Shown piece after piece: positions 63,781-64,000 of a stretch of 64,000 nucleotides of DNA. The stretch is taken from NCBI RefSeq assembly GCF_030144855.1, contig NC_082707.1:163060001-163124000 (forward strand), written 5' to 3'. Source of the stretch: Hypanus sabinus (taxonomy: Eukaryota). The position numbers were made by a program, and so were the translations under genes. The notes below the pieces were generated by a model. It was not told the origin of the DNA. It was given only the letters and a program-made list of their open reading frames with translations, and ran no database searches. Each line of letters begins with the position of its first letter. Position 1 is the stretch's first letter.

Positions 63781-64000
63781 GTGGAAAAAAAACGTATCAA
63801 TAGAGAAGGTGATGAAAATGGAGATTGTGATGAATAGAAAATTGCTCCCTTACCCAATGCTCTTTTATTGCTATACCTAAATATGCATTTTCATTAAAAC
63901 CTATGGAAAAAGAACATGCATTTTCACAGATGAAAATCATAGAGGCAAAAGTTACTACAGACATCCCACCCTGCAAAAACTCATTTCAGGGAGGTAGCAC

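Overview
Eukaryotic, AT-rich, repeat-dominated vertebrate DNA. The repeat set (CR1 and Rex1/Babar LINEs, Neptune-type Penelope-like elements, tRNA-derived and Deu-domain SINEs) suggests a cartilaginous fish, probably a ray; this is inference. Only one host coding exon is recognisable: 55 nt at 31757-31811 (+) encoding MCDCFHLPFPNWRGDPAS, which matches the AHNAK2 N-terminus as I recall it (human MCDCFHMVLPTWPGTPGS). It lies in a CpG-retaining region (~27.1-32.8 kb). I found no exon 2, so the remaining ~32 kb is probably intron 1. Nearly all long ORFs in the track are decayed transposon pieces or their antisense shadows. Four structures stand out: (i) minimal hammerhead-ribozyme motifs in the Penelope terminal repeats; (ii) at least five TSD-flanked fold-back Penelope insertions of 90-976 bp with the same asymmetric architecture; (iii) a ~95% identical local inverted duplication of one particular SINE/CR1 junction; (iv) an unclassified ~610-bp element with long terminal inverted repeats. 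Family names come from motif recognition, not database searches, and boundaries of old repeats are approximate. I see no evidence of a wholly new protein-coding system.
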